Shown: in pieces, positions 38,312-47,241 of the stretch
Layout of the letters: every line of letters starts with the position of its first letter
Position numbering within the stretch: the stretch's first letter is position 1
The notes under the pieces: model-generated
Databases searched by the model: none
Told to the model about the DNA's origin: nothing
The model's input: the letters and a program-made list of their open reading frames with translations, nothing else
Source: Bacteroidales bacterium
Lineage (GTDB): Bacteria; Bacteroidota; Bacteroidia; Bacteroidales; VadinHA17
Length of the DNA stretch: 64,000 nucleotides
Assembly: GCA_003141715.1 (NCBI GenBank)
Contig: PLNF01000048.1
Span: 1,486 to 65,485 of the forward strand
Reading direction: 5' to 3'
Position numbers and translations under genes: made by a program

Positions 38312-39353
38312 GCTGAAAATAAATAATGCCGATTATGAAGTTCAGGACGGGTTGACTATTCTGGATATTGCCAGGAGTGCCGGAATTTATATCCCTACCC
38401 TGTGTCATAATGAAAAACTCCCTCATTATTCTTCATGTATGGTTTGTATGGTAAAGGATCAGAGAACCGGAAACTTTTTACCTTCATGTTCAGCTTTGCT
38501 TCAGGATGGAATGGACATTGATTGTTCATCCGAAGAGGTTATCTCCCTAAGACGGAAAGCTATCGAACTTCTTCTGTCAGAACATCGGGCTGAATGTGAA
38601 GCTCCATGCAAAGTAGTATGCCCCGGCGGATACAATATTCCTCTAATGAACAGGTTATTAGGCGCTAAGAATTTTGAAGGTGCACTTAAACTTTCCAGTA
38701 CGCAGCTTCAATCTTCCGGATTATTGTGTACAGATTGTCCTGGATACTGCGAGAATGCATGCCGGCGAAAAAAAGTTGACATTCCTGTTTCGATAAGAAA
38801 TATGCAAATATTTATTTCACAACAAATTAAGCAGGAAAACATTGCTGTCAATCAACACAATATCGAAAAATCATCTAAACGGTTTACATCTCATATCGGC
38901 CGACTTGAGGAAGGCGAATTAAAGGAGTGGTTAAAAGAATGTTCTGATGAAGTAAAACGGATCAGGGAAATATCCGATCCAGAATCCGCTGCCAGGGAGT
39001 CTGAGAGTTGTATGCACTGCGATTGTCGTGCCGCTGATAATTGCAGACTCAGGGATATAGCTGATGATTTTTCTATTAAAGATCCCAGAGGCAAGCTTGT
39101 AAACTCGCCGATACAGAAGAAAATTAATATTAATACCGGATTGATATTTGAGAACGCAAAATGTATTAAATGCGGACTCTGCGTAAGGCTTTGTGAAGAT
39201 TCAAAAGATGAACCTTCTCTCTGTTTTATTAACAGAGGATTTGTAAGCATTATCTCTGAACCTCTTACTGAGGATTTTAATAATATCCTGAAATCAAAAA
39301 CCAAAGAGGTTATAGCAATATGTCCGACAGGTGCATTAAGTATGTTTAAGTAA
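38304..39353 (+). CDS. [2Fe-2S] (NuoG/HydA N-terminal type) plus multi-[4Fe-4S] protein with no catalytic domain
   Basis: MVKLKINNADYEVQDGLTILD...PTLCH...SSCMVCMV is a fer2-type N-terminus. CEAPCKVVCPGGYNIP and CPGYCENACRR resemble the GltD N-terminal cluster region. Also CMHCDCRAADNCR and CIKCGLCVRLCE...ICPTGAL. Overlaps the upstream gene by 8 nt. Confidence 0.7.
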   Translation: MVKLKINNADYEVQDGLTILDIARSAGIYIPTLCHNEKLPHYSSCMVCMVKDQRTGNFLPSCSALLQDGMDIDCSSEEVISLRRKAIELLLSEHRAECEAPCKVVCPGGYNIPLMNRLLGAKNFEGALKLSSTQLQSSGLLCTDCPGYCENACRRKKVDIPVSIRNMQIFISQQIKQENIAVNQHNIEKSSKRFTSHIGRLEEGELKEWLKECSDEVKRIREISDPESAARESESCMHCDCRAADNCRLRDIADDFSIKDPRGKLVNSPIQKKININTGLIFENAKCIKCGLCVRLCEDSKDEPSLCFINRGFVSIISEPLTEDFNNILKSKTKEVIAICPTGALSMFK

Positions 39354-39385
39354 TTAGTTAACATTGATTTGTTTAAAAATGAAGA

Positions 39386-39463
39386 CCCCCTTCCCAACCT
39401 TCCCCCACGGGGGAAGGCGTATCAATACATTTCCCCCTTGGGGGAAACTAGAAAGGGGGTAAT
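39386..39463. repeat. About 75-nt G/C-tract nested-hairpin intergenic element, copy A
   Basis: cccccttcccaaCCTTCCCCcacGGGGAAGGcgtatcaatacaTTTCCCCCttgGGGGAAActagaaagggggtaat. Near-identical to the copy at 56940..57013. Confidence 0.85.
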
Positions 39464-39491
39464 TTGAAAAAATGGAATAAAAAATCTCTGT

Positions 39492-40607
39492 ATGAAATTC
39501 ATTTATATAGGAATCCTGTATTTGTTCATCTTCATATCTGTTTCCGGTCAGACTAATGAAACAGAATGGCCGCTATTCAGAGGCAAAGCTGACCTGGCCG
39601 GAAGAATTGAAACTGAACTACCTGTATCACCCAAACTATTATGGAGCCTAAAAACAGGCGGAACAACAAAATCATCACCGGTTATAAGTGAAGGAACTGT
39701 TTATTTTGGTAATGACAAAGGGTCCCTGATTGCAGTGAGTACCGATGGTAAAATCAAGTGGAAATATGAGTCAGGAAGTTCAATTGATGCCGCTCCTATG
39801 GTGTATGGTAATAAAGTCATTTTTGGGACAAACGAAGGCATTCTAAAAGCGGTTGATAAGATTTCTGGTAAATTTATATGGTCGTATACCACTGATAACC
39901 AGATTGCAGGCTCAGCAAATGTGTGGGTTGCCGGAAATAAAGCAGGAATCGTTGCTGGAAGCTATGATTATTTCCTGCACTGTGTTGATCCTGAAACAGG
40001 TAAAGTTATGTGGAAGATCGAGACTGAAAATTATATCAACGGGACACCTGCAATATTAAACGGTAAAATTGTATTCGGTGGATGTGATGGTATGATCAGG
40101 GTTGTGGATCCGCTGACAGGAAAACAAAAAGATACTATTAATATCGGAGTCTATATTGCTTCTTCTCCTGCCCTTACGCTTGATATGGCATATTTCGGGG
40201 ATTACGATGGCACAAAATACTGTGTAAATATTAACACAAAGAAAATTGTATGGAAGATTCCGGGAAGTGAGGAATCGGGCGCAATATTGGCTATTCCTGC
40301 AATCAGAAATAATTCAGTTGTAATTGGAAGTGAAGATAAATATCTTTATTGTTACAACTCTTCCGACGGAAAACTGTTATGGAAATACCGTACGAACGGT
40401 AGAATAATCGGCTCTGCGGTTTTAACATCAACAAAAGTTCTCTTTACAGGTATGGATGGTTATATTTATATTCTGGGATTGGCAGATGGGAAAAAACTGT
40501 GGAGTTTCAATGCAGGAACTCCTGTGAGCAGCTCTCCGGCAGTGATTAAAGGAAAGTTTTTCATTCTGACTGAAGATGGAAGGTTACTTTCATTCGGTGA
40601 AAAGTAA
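39492..40607 (+). CDS. Secreted PQQ-like beta-propeller protein, paralog 3
   Basis: 371 aa. Signal peptide MKFIYIGILYLFIFISVSGQ, WPLFRGKADLAGR entry motif, and repeated G-x-x-Y-x-G...DG-K-x-x-W blades. Confidence 0.75.
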   Translation: MKFIYIGILYLFIFISVSGQTNETEWPLFRGKADLAGRIETELPVSPKLLWSLKTGGTTKSSPVISEGTVYFGNDKGSLIAVSTDGKIKWKYESGSSIDAAPMVYGNKVIFGTNEGILKAVDKISGKFIWSYTTDNQIAGSANVWVAGNKAGIVAGSYDYFLHCVDPETGKVMWKIETENYINGTPAILNGKIVFGGCDGMIRVVDPLTGKQKDTINIGVYIASSPALTLDMAYFGDYDGTKYCVNINTKKIVWKIPGSEESGAILAIPAIRNNSVVIGSEDKYLYCYNSSDGKLLWKYRTNGRIIGSAVLTSTKVLFTGMDGYIYILGLADGKKLWSFNAGTPVSSSPAVIKGKFFILTEDGRLLSFGEK

Positions 40608-40611
40608 TGTT

Positions 40612-41898
40612 ATGAAAATTGTTTATCTGATAACTGGTTCAGGAGGTTCATTTTATTGCGGCAATTGTTACCGGGATATGATTTACCTCAGGGCTATGCG
40701 TAAAGTTCCTGGAATAACGGCTTCAGCCATACCGTTATATCTTCCTCCCGATGGAACAAATATTGAAACCGGTCTTGACAAAAATGTCTTCTTCGGTGCA
40801 ATTTCTATGTTTCTGAGGGAGAAAGTACCTTTTCTCAGGAATATGCCTGTATTCATGGACAAGCTGTTTGATTCTTCACCGATGCTTAAGATGGCTGCTC
40901 GCAGGGCTGGTACAACCAGAACAGTGGGACTTGAAGAGATGACGCTGAATATGATAAAGGGAGAAAATGCCTTTCCTGAAAAGGAGCTCCAACGACTGGT
41001 GGATTACCTGACAAGAGACGGGAAACCAGATATTATTCACCTTTCAAATGCTCTTATAATCGGACTTGCCCGTCAGATCAAGAAAAAACTGGATGTTAAG
41101 ATTGTTTGCTCTCTTCTGAATGAAGATGACTGGATAGATGAGATGGCAGAGCCTTATCAGTCAGGAGCCTGGAAACTGATATCAAAAGAAGCATCCAATG
41201 TTGATGTCTTTTTAACTCCCAGCAATTACTATAAAGAGTTGTTCATTTCGAAAACGGGTATATCAGGTGACAATTTTTATGTTATCCCTCTTGGAATTGA
41301 TCCCGCTGAATTATTAAAAATTGAAAAAAGAGATAACTACCCTTCAATCGGATATTTCTGCCGGATAAATTCTCAAAACGGATTCGACAAGCTGGTAGAT
41401 GCTTTTATTGAACTGAAATCAGGCAACAACCTGCCAGGACTAACTCTTCATATATCGGGCGGTTATACAGGTGATGATAAGCCTTTTATAGCAGATCAGA
41501 TCAGGAAAATAAAGGCTGCAGGTCTGAAAAGCTTTGTCAGAATTTATCCGGAATTTCATGGGAACAGCAAACAGGAGTTTTTCAGTAATATAGATGTTAT
41601 GAGTGTACCTGTCAGAAAACATGATGGTTACGGATTATATATACTTGAAGCCAATGCTGCCGGGGTACCAGTAGTTCAGCCTGCAACCGGAGCATTTCCG
41701 GAAATCATTGAAAGAACCATGGGAGGAATGACTTATTCACCTGACAATGTTGGGGAGTTGTCAGCGAACCTTCTGAAATTATTAAAGGATAATGACTTAC
41801 GCTCCCGCCTTGGGAAACTGGGAAAAGAAAAGGTCTTAACTGAACTTTCACTTGAAAAAATGTCCGAAGGTTTATCTAAAGTTTATAATACCTTATAA
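40612..41898 (+). CDS. GT4-type (GT-B fold) glycosyltransferase
   Basis: ATG 40612 gives MKIVYLITGSGGSFYCGNCYRD. The C-terminal half has GYGLYILEANAAGVPVVQPATGAFPEII, a GT4 E-x7-E-like region. Confidence 0.7.
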   Translation: MKIVYLITGSGGSFYCGNCYRDMIYLRAMRKVPGITASAIPLYLPPDGTNIETGLDKNVFFGAISMFLREKVPFLRNMPVFMDKLFDSSPMLKMAARRAGTTRTVGLEEMTLNMIKGENAFPEKELQRLVDYLTRDGKPDIIHLSNALIIGLARQIKKKLDVKIVCSLLNEDDWIDEMAEPYQSGAWKLISKEASNVDVFLTPSNYYKELFISKTGISGDNFYVIPLGIDPAELLKIEKRDNYPSIGYFCRINSQNGFDKLVDAFIELKSGNNLPGLTLHISGGYTGDDKPFIADQIRKIKAAGLKSFVRIYPEFHGNSKQEFFSNIDVMSVPVRKHDGYGLYILEANAAGVPVVQPATGAFPEIIERTMGGMTYSPDNVGELSANLLKLLKDNDLRSRLGKLGKEKVLTELSLEKMSEGLSKVYNTL

Positions 41899-41899
41899 T

Positions 41900-42565
41900 A
41901 TGTTAAATATCAATAATATATCAAAGTCATTCATTCAACGTGGTTTGGTCCTTGATAATCTATGCCTTGAAGTGAATGAAGGTGAGACTCTTGCCATAAT
42001 GGGACCATCCGGTTCAGGGAAGACTACACTTATGAATATTATTGGTCTGTTAGATAAGCCTGACAAGGGAGAGATTATTTTCAGAGGGGCTCCAATAGCA
42101 AACTTTACAGAGGACGAGTCTGCAGATTACAGAAACCTGAATATCGGTTTTGTATTCCAGGAGCATCTGCTGCTACCGTATCTTACTGTTTCAGAGAATA
42201 TACAGCTTCCTTTACTTGCATCAAAACATTCACAGGAAGAACTTTCTGTTAAACAGCAATATTTAAAAGGATTAATGGAAAAGGCCGGCATTTCTGATCT
42301 TAAAGACAAGTATCCTTTTCGAATCTCCTGTGGAGAAGCTCAACGGGCTGCTTTGGTAAGAGCCCTGGCGAATAACCCGTCAATTCTTCTTGCAGACGAA
42401 CCAACCGGATCTCTTGATTCAAAAAATGCAGAAAATATGGGTGAACTTCTTCTTGAGATGAACAGAGAATTTGGGATAACAATCATTCTGGCAACCCATT
42501 CGTTTGACCTTGCAAATAAGATGTCAAAGATATTACGGCTTGAGGAAGGCAAATTAATAGTCTGA
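41900..42565 (+). CDS. ABC transporter ATP-binding protein (MacB/LolD type)
   Basis: Walker A GPSGSGKTTL, signature variant ISCGEAQRAAL, Walker B LLADEPTGSLD. The ATG lies 1 nt after the GT4 stop. Confidence 0.85.
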   Translation: MLNINNISKSFIQRGLVLDNLCLEVNEGETLAIMGPSGSGKTTLMNIIGLLDKPDKGEIIFRGAPIANFTEDESADYRNLNIGFVFQEHLLLPYLTVSENIQLPLLASKHSQEELSVKQQYLKGLMEKAGISDLKDKYPFRISCGEAQRAALVRALANNPSILLADEPTGSLDSKNAENMGELLLEMNREFGITIILATHSFDLANKMSKILRLEEGKLIV

Positions 42566-42590
42566 ATTAAAAAGAAAATAACTGTTTCTA

Positions 42591-45500
42591 ATGCCTGGCA
42601 CATTCCAGATAATAATCAAATCAATAAAATTCTATAAAAAGCCGGTCCTGTACCAGGTTCTTATAATCATTCTGCTGTGCGCCGTCATAACCGGATCATT
42701 ACTGACAGGGAGATCTGTTAAGGAGAGTCTAAAAAAATCAGCCTCAGAACGCCTTGGAAATACAGGCATTCTCATTAGTTCAGGAATCAGATACTTTGAT
42801 TCTGAACTTGTTCAAAGAATGAAAGACAGCTCCGGTATATTATGCACCGGGATACTTGAAATGAACGGTTATTGTCAGAGTCTGAATTCGCAAAAAGGGG
42901 CGTTCAATACGCATATTTATGGTGTCAATAAAGACTTTTTTATTTTTCACGGACATGATTCAATGGCTATCAAACCAGGAGAAGTTGCTGTTAATAAACG
43001 GCTTGCAGATTATCTTGGAATTAAACCGGGTGACGACCTGATAATACGATTCAAGGTCATAAGCGACATACCTTCAGATGCACCATTTGCACCTGGCGGA
43101 GGTGCCGGAAAGTCAATTGTGATGAAAATAGGAAGTATTCTTGAACCAACAAAAACCGGAAACTTCTCCTTGTCAATCAGTCAGATAACACCTATGAATA
43201 TCTTCATGAACCTGTCAAATATAGAAGATGATCAAGGCAACCATTTTAAACTAAACAGGTTGCTTATTAAAAGAGACAATATCAATTCCCTAAAACAAAT
43301 ATCTGGTGCCTTAAAGCATTATTTGAAACCCTCCGATATTGGCCTGAGGTTAAGAACAGTGAAGAAGACAGGAGAATATGAACTCATTTCTGACAGGATT
43401 TTTATAGATGAATCAATTTTAAAAGAGATTGGCAACTTGTTGCCCAATTCTTATCCTGTTATAACGTACCTTGGTAACAGGTTCGAGGCGGATACCAAAT
43501 CGACTCCCTACTCATTTGTTTCAGCATTGCCTTCTTCATTATATCATGATATTGATGCCGGCAATGGAATGATAATAAACAAATGGATGGCAAATGATCT
43601 TTTAGTGCGGGAAGGGGACACTGTTAAAATGTATTGGTATACACCTGATTCACTAAATAAACTTATTGAAAAAAGCAGCGGTTTTATTGTCAATCATATT
43701 GTAGATATGAAGGGTATCTGGTCAGATTCTCTTCTTATGCCTGATTTTCCCGGAATCTCAGGAAAAGAATCATGCTCTGACTGGGATGCCGGTGTTCCCA
43801 TAAAAATGCATGAAATTCGCGCTAAAGATGAGGATTACTGGAATAGATACAGAGGTACACCCAAGGCATTTATCAATTATGATAAGGGTAAGGAGCTGTG
43901 GGGAAATAATTTTGGCCCCGCGACTGCTATCCGTTATCCTGCAGGTGTAACAGAAAAAGAGATAGAAGATAAACTTGCAGGATCGCTTGATCCTCTAAAA
44001 ATGGGGTTCAGTATAAAAGATCTGTCGGATGAATCATTTAAAGCTGCAAATGAGAGTGTTGATTTCGGTACTTTGTTCCTGAGTCTGGGGTTTTTCCTCA
44101 TTCTGGCTACACTGGTTTTGTTATCGTTCGCGGCCTCTTCATATTTTGATTCTAAAAGAAAGCATATAATAACATTATTTGCCCTGGGATTTAAAAACAG
44201 GTGGATTGCACAACTACTATTTCTCGAATCAGGATTGATAAGTATTGCCGGATGCTCAATTGGAGTATTTGCCGGTTATCTGGTTAATATTATTATAACC
44301 AGGGCTTTGAATACTGTTTGGAATGGTGCAGTACAGACCGATACACTTGATGCGTATTTTAATCTTTTGCCAATAATTTCAGGATTTCTATTGACATTCC
44401 TGACCATTATGATATTTATGCTGGTTAAGGTTAAACGTTTCCTGAATGGGTTGAATAAGAGGGAAAAGGAGATTTACAATACTCCTTCAATCCTTAATAA
44501 TCTGTTTTTATTACTTACATCAGCTATTGTAACAATTTCATTATTTGTACTTTCTATATTATTCAGAGACAAGCAACTCACTTTCTCGTTTGCCTCAGGT
44601 ATTGTGCTTTTGCTTACATTGATCTTATTATGGAGGCAATATTATATAGGCAGATTTATTAATAATACAGGAAGAATCAAAAATAGAAAACAGTTATCGC
44701 ATCTCTATTACTCTTTTAATCCGTCTAATGCTGTAACACCAATTCTTTTTATAGCTGCAGGAATTTTTACTGTCTTTATCACCGGTGCAAACAGGATGAC
44801 TTTTAATGAAAAACAGGTTAAACGTTCAGGTGGTACCGGCGGTTATTTGCTATGGTGTGAAAACACTATCCCTTTAAAAGAAGATCTGAATACAGTATCC
44901 GGAAGGAAAACAACCGGACTTGACAACGATCAGCTTTCGGAGATGAGTTTTGTCCAGATGAAAAGGTATTCAGGCAATGACGCCAGCTGTCTGAATCTTA
45001 ACCATATTACATCTCCTCCTCTTCTGGGAATTGATCCTGACGATTTTATAGCGAAAAAGTCTTTTGCTTTTTCAAAAGTACTCATAGCTAATAGCATTGA
45101 GAATCCATGGCAGTTTCTGAATCTTCCTTCAGAAAACAATACAATTTATGGCATTGCTGATCAGACTGTTCTCGATTGGGGACTGAAACTAAAACCGGGA
45201 GATACTTTAGTCCTGAGAGCTGAGAATGGACGACCTCTGAATATTATTATTGCTGCAGGATTACAATCATCTGTTTTTCAGGGTAATGTACTCATTGGAA
45301 AGGAAAATTTCACAAAGTATTATCCTTCTGTTTCCGGAAGTCAGGTATTGCTTGTAGATGGTAAGAGTTCGTTAACTGATTTATATAAAAGTACTTTGAA
45401 CGAAAGGCTGGAAAATTATGGTGTAAATATTGAAAAAACATCTGATCGCCTTGCAACATTTTATAAAGTTACAAATACATATCTCTCAGTATTTGGAGTT

Positions 45501-45854
45501 TTTGGAGCATTTGGAATGATAATTGGTATTGCCGGAATTGGATTTGTACTTTTACGGAACTATAACCAGCGAAAAAATGAATTTGCGCTTCTGCTTGCTA
45601 CAGGCTTTCATGTAAAAAAGATCAGAAGAATGATTCTCTCAGAACAAGTGATAATTCTTTTTGCCGGAGTTTCAGCAGGCATTGTTTCTGCCCTTGTTGC
45701 AACTTCGTCATCAATTAAAAACAGCCCCGATATACCATGGTTGTTTATAATCCTGATGATTCTGGCGATAGTGATCACAGGTTTATTTGCCATGTTTCTG
45801 TCTGTGAGATCAGTGACAAAGGATTCACTAATTGCCAGTCTGAAAAATGAATAG
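42591..45854 (+). CDS. Large double-FtsX-domain ABC permease (1087 aa)
   Basis: An N-terminal TM is followed by a large extracytoplasmic domain and a TM bundle. This pattern is repeated, which is the MacB/YbbP-like architecture. Follows the ATPase gene. Confidence 0.75.
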   Translation: MPGTFQIIIKSIKFYKKPVLYQVLIIILLCAVITGSLLTGRSVKESLKKSASERLGNTGILISSGIRYFDSELVQRMKDSSGILCTGILEMNGYCQSLNSQKGAFNTHIYGVNKDFFIFHGHDSMAIKPGEVAVNKRLADYLGIKPGDDLIIRFKVISDIPSDAPFAPGGGAGKSIVMKIGSILEPTKTGNFSLSISQITPMNIFMNLSNIEDDQGNHFKLNRLLIKRDNINSLKQISGALKHYLKPSDIGLRLRTVKKTGEYELISDRIFIDESILKEIGNLLPNSYPVITYLGNRFEADTKSTPYSFVSALPSSLYHDIDAGNGMIINKWMANDLLVREGDTVKMYWYTPDSLNKLIEKSSGFIVNHIVDMKGIWSDSLLMPDFPGISGKESCSDWDAGVPIKMHEIRAKDEDYWNRYRGTPKAFINYDKGKELWGNNFGPATAIRYPAGVTEKEIEDKLAGSLDPLKMGFSIKDLSDESFKAANESVDFGTLFLSLGFFLILATLVLLSFAASSYFDSKRKHIITLFALGFKNRWIAQLLFLESGLISIAGCSIGVFAGYLVNIIITRALNTVWNGAVQTDTLDAYFNLLPIISGFLLTFLTIMIFMLVKVKRFLNGLNKREKEIYNTPSILNNLFLLLTSAIVTISLFVLSILFRDKQLTFSFASGIVLLLTLILLWRQYYIGRFINNTGRIKNRKQLSHLYYSFNPSNAVTPILFIAAGIFTVFITGANRMTFNEKQVKRSGGTGGYLLWCENTIPLKEDLNTVSGRKTTGLDNDQLSEMSFVQMKRYSGNDASCLNLNHITSPPLLGIDPDDFIAKKSFAFSKVLIANSIENPWQFLNLPSENNTIYGIADQTVLDWGLKLKPGDTLVLRAENGRPLNIIIAAGLQSSVFQGNVLIGKENFTKYYPSVSGSQVLLVDGKSSLTDLYKSTLNERLENYGVNIEKTSDRLATFYKVTNTYLSVFGVFGAFGMIIGIAGIGFVLLRNYNQRKNEFALLLATGFHVKKIRRMILSEQVIILFAGVSAGIVSALVATSSSIKNSPDIPWLFIILMILAIVITGLFAMFLSVRSVTKDSLIASLKNE

Positions 45855-45861
45855 AAAAAGA

Positions 45862-47220
45862 TTATTTTTTCCCAACTGCCACAAGGTATTTCTGAGTTCT
45901 GAAGAATATCATACCATCAGTAATGGCAGGAGCAGTTAAACATATATCATTCATAGGTATTTCGGCGAGTTGTTTAAATGAAATGCCATCCTCAATGATA
46001 TACACAATTCCCTGTTCGTCAACGATGTACAGTTTTCCATCTGAAGCAACAGGAGAAGCAATAAAACTCTGTGAATTACCGAGTTTTGCATGATATAACT
46101 CTTTACCTGTGCCGGCATCATAGCAAACAACAGTGCCATTCCAGTTAACATTATACAGATGATCTCTGTAAAGAAGCAAAGTATGAATATACGAACCTCC
46201 CCGGGGAATACTCCATTTCACATATTCATTCAGAATTCCTGTCGGTTTAAGAGTGATATCTCCGGAAGCATTAGATTTAATCGCATATATTGGTGAACTG
46301 GGCCCATGTGCGCTATTGAAATATATCAGGTCCTTGCCAATTACGGGAGTCGGAATCGGAACATCGCCCCCACCCGACATCCGCCATATTTCTTTTCCTG
46401 TTTCAAAATCATATCCTCCCCGATGTTTGTACCCGTTTACAGCGATACGCGTTTTATCCCCGTCTTTATAAATATTTGGTGTGCACCACCCGGGATATTC
46501 GTCTCTTTTTTTATTCCATAATTCCTTTCCAGTCTTCAGATCATAGGCAGCCAAAAATGAATTCTCAAGAACGTCACATTGAACTATCACTACACCATTA
46601 TATATTATAGGTGAACTGGCAAACTCCCATTCGGCAGCAACATAATCGTATGCAACGGATTTTAGCACGCCAAAATTCTTTTTCCAAACAAGATTCCCAT
46701 TATAATCATAACAATACAAGCCTTCAGATCCGAAAAACGCCACAGCATATTTTCCATCAGTCGCTACTGAAGGATTGGCATGCGTCGATTTAGGATGCCG
46801 CTTTATTTTGGGAATGCCCTTGTATGCTGTTTTTTCCCAGATTATTTTTCCCGAATTTTTGTTAATGCAGAAAACTTTCCAGTCATGTACCGAGCTATCA
46901 GCTACCGGCATGCCATCTCCATAAATACCGGTCTTGATCCCTTGTTTATCAGAGTTGCTTACGGCAGTGGTGATAAATAACTTATCGCCCCAAATAACCG
47001 GACTTGATAGTCCGAGGCCGGGTATCTCGGTTTTCCATCTCACATTTATCATTTTTTGAAAGTCAAATGATTCGGGAAGGTTTGCATTATCAAGAACTCC
47101 TGATGCCATATACCCGCGAAATCCCGGCCATTGACGCTCCGGTACTATTTGTCCGGTAAGATTAAATGAAAGAGTGAATAAAGTAATAAATGTTCCGAGT
47201 GACAGAAAAATGGATCTCAT
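45862..47220 (-). CDS. Secreted PQQ-like beta-propeller protein, paralog 4
   Basis: 452 aa. Signal peptide MRSIFLSLGTFITLFTLSFNLTGQ and WPGFRGYMASGV entry motif. The LSSPVIWGDKLFITTA blade parallels paralog 2 (KSSPVIWEDKIFITGA). Confidence 0.75.
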   Translation of the reverse strand: MRSIFLSLGTFITLFTLSFNLTGQIVPERQWPGFRGYMASGVLDNANLPESFDFQKMINVRWKTEIPGLGLSSPVIWGDKLFITTAVSNSDKQGIKTGIYGDGMPVADSSVHDWKVFCINKNSGKIIWEKTAYKGIPKIKRHPKSTHANPSVATDGKYAVAFFGSEGLYCYDYNGNLVWKKNFGVLKSVAYDYVAAEWEFASSPIIYNGVVIVQCDVLENSFLAAYDLKTGKELWNKKRDEYPGWCTPNIYKDGDKTRIAVNGYKHRGGYDFETGKEIWRMSGGGDVPIPTPVIGKDLIYFNSAHGPSSPIYAIKSNASGDITLKPTGILNEYVKWSIPRGGSYIHTLLLYRDHLYNVNWNGTVVCYDAGTGKELYHAKLGNSQSFIASPVASDGKLYIVDEQGIVYIIEDGISFKQLAEIPMNDICLTAPAITDGMIFFRTQKYLVAVGKK

Positions 47221-47241
47221 ATATTTAATAGGGATTTCAGG

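Noticed and set aside
38891-39397. 168-aa ORF antisense to the 2Fe-2S/4Fe-4S gene
   Set aside because: It has no recognisable motifs and overlaps a plus-strand ORF with many conserved Cys-cluster motifs. It also runs into the intergenic repeat.
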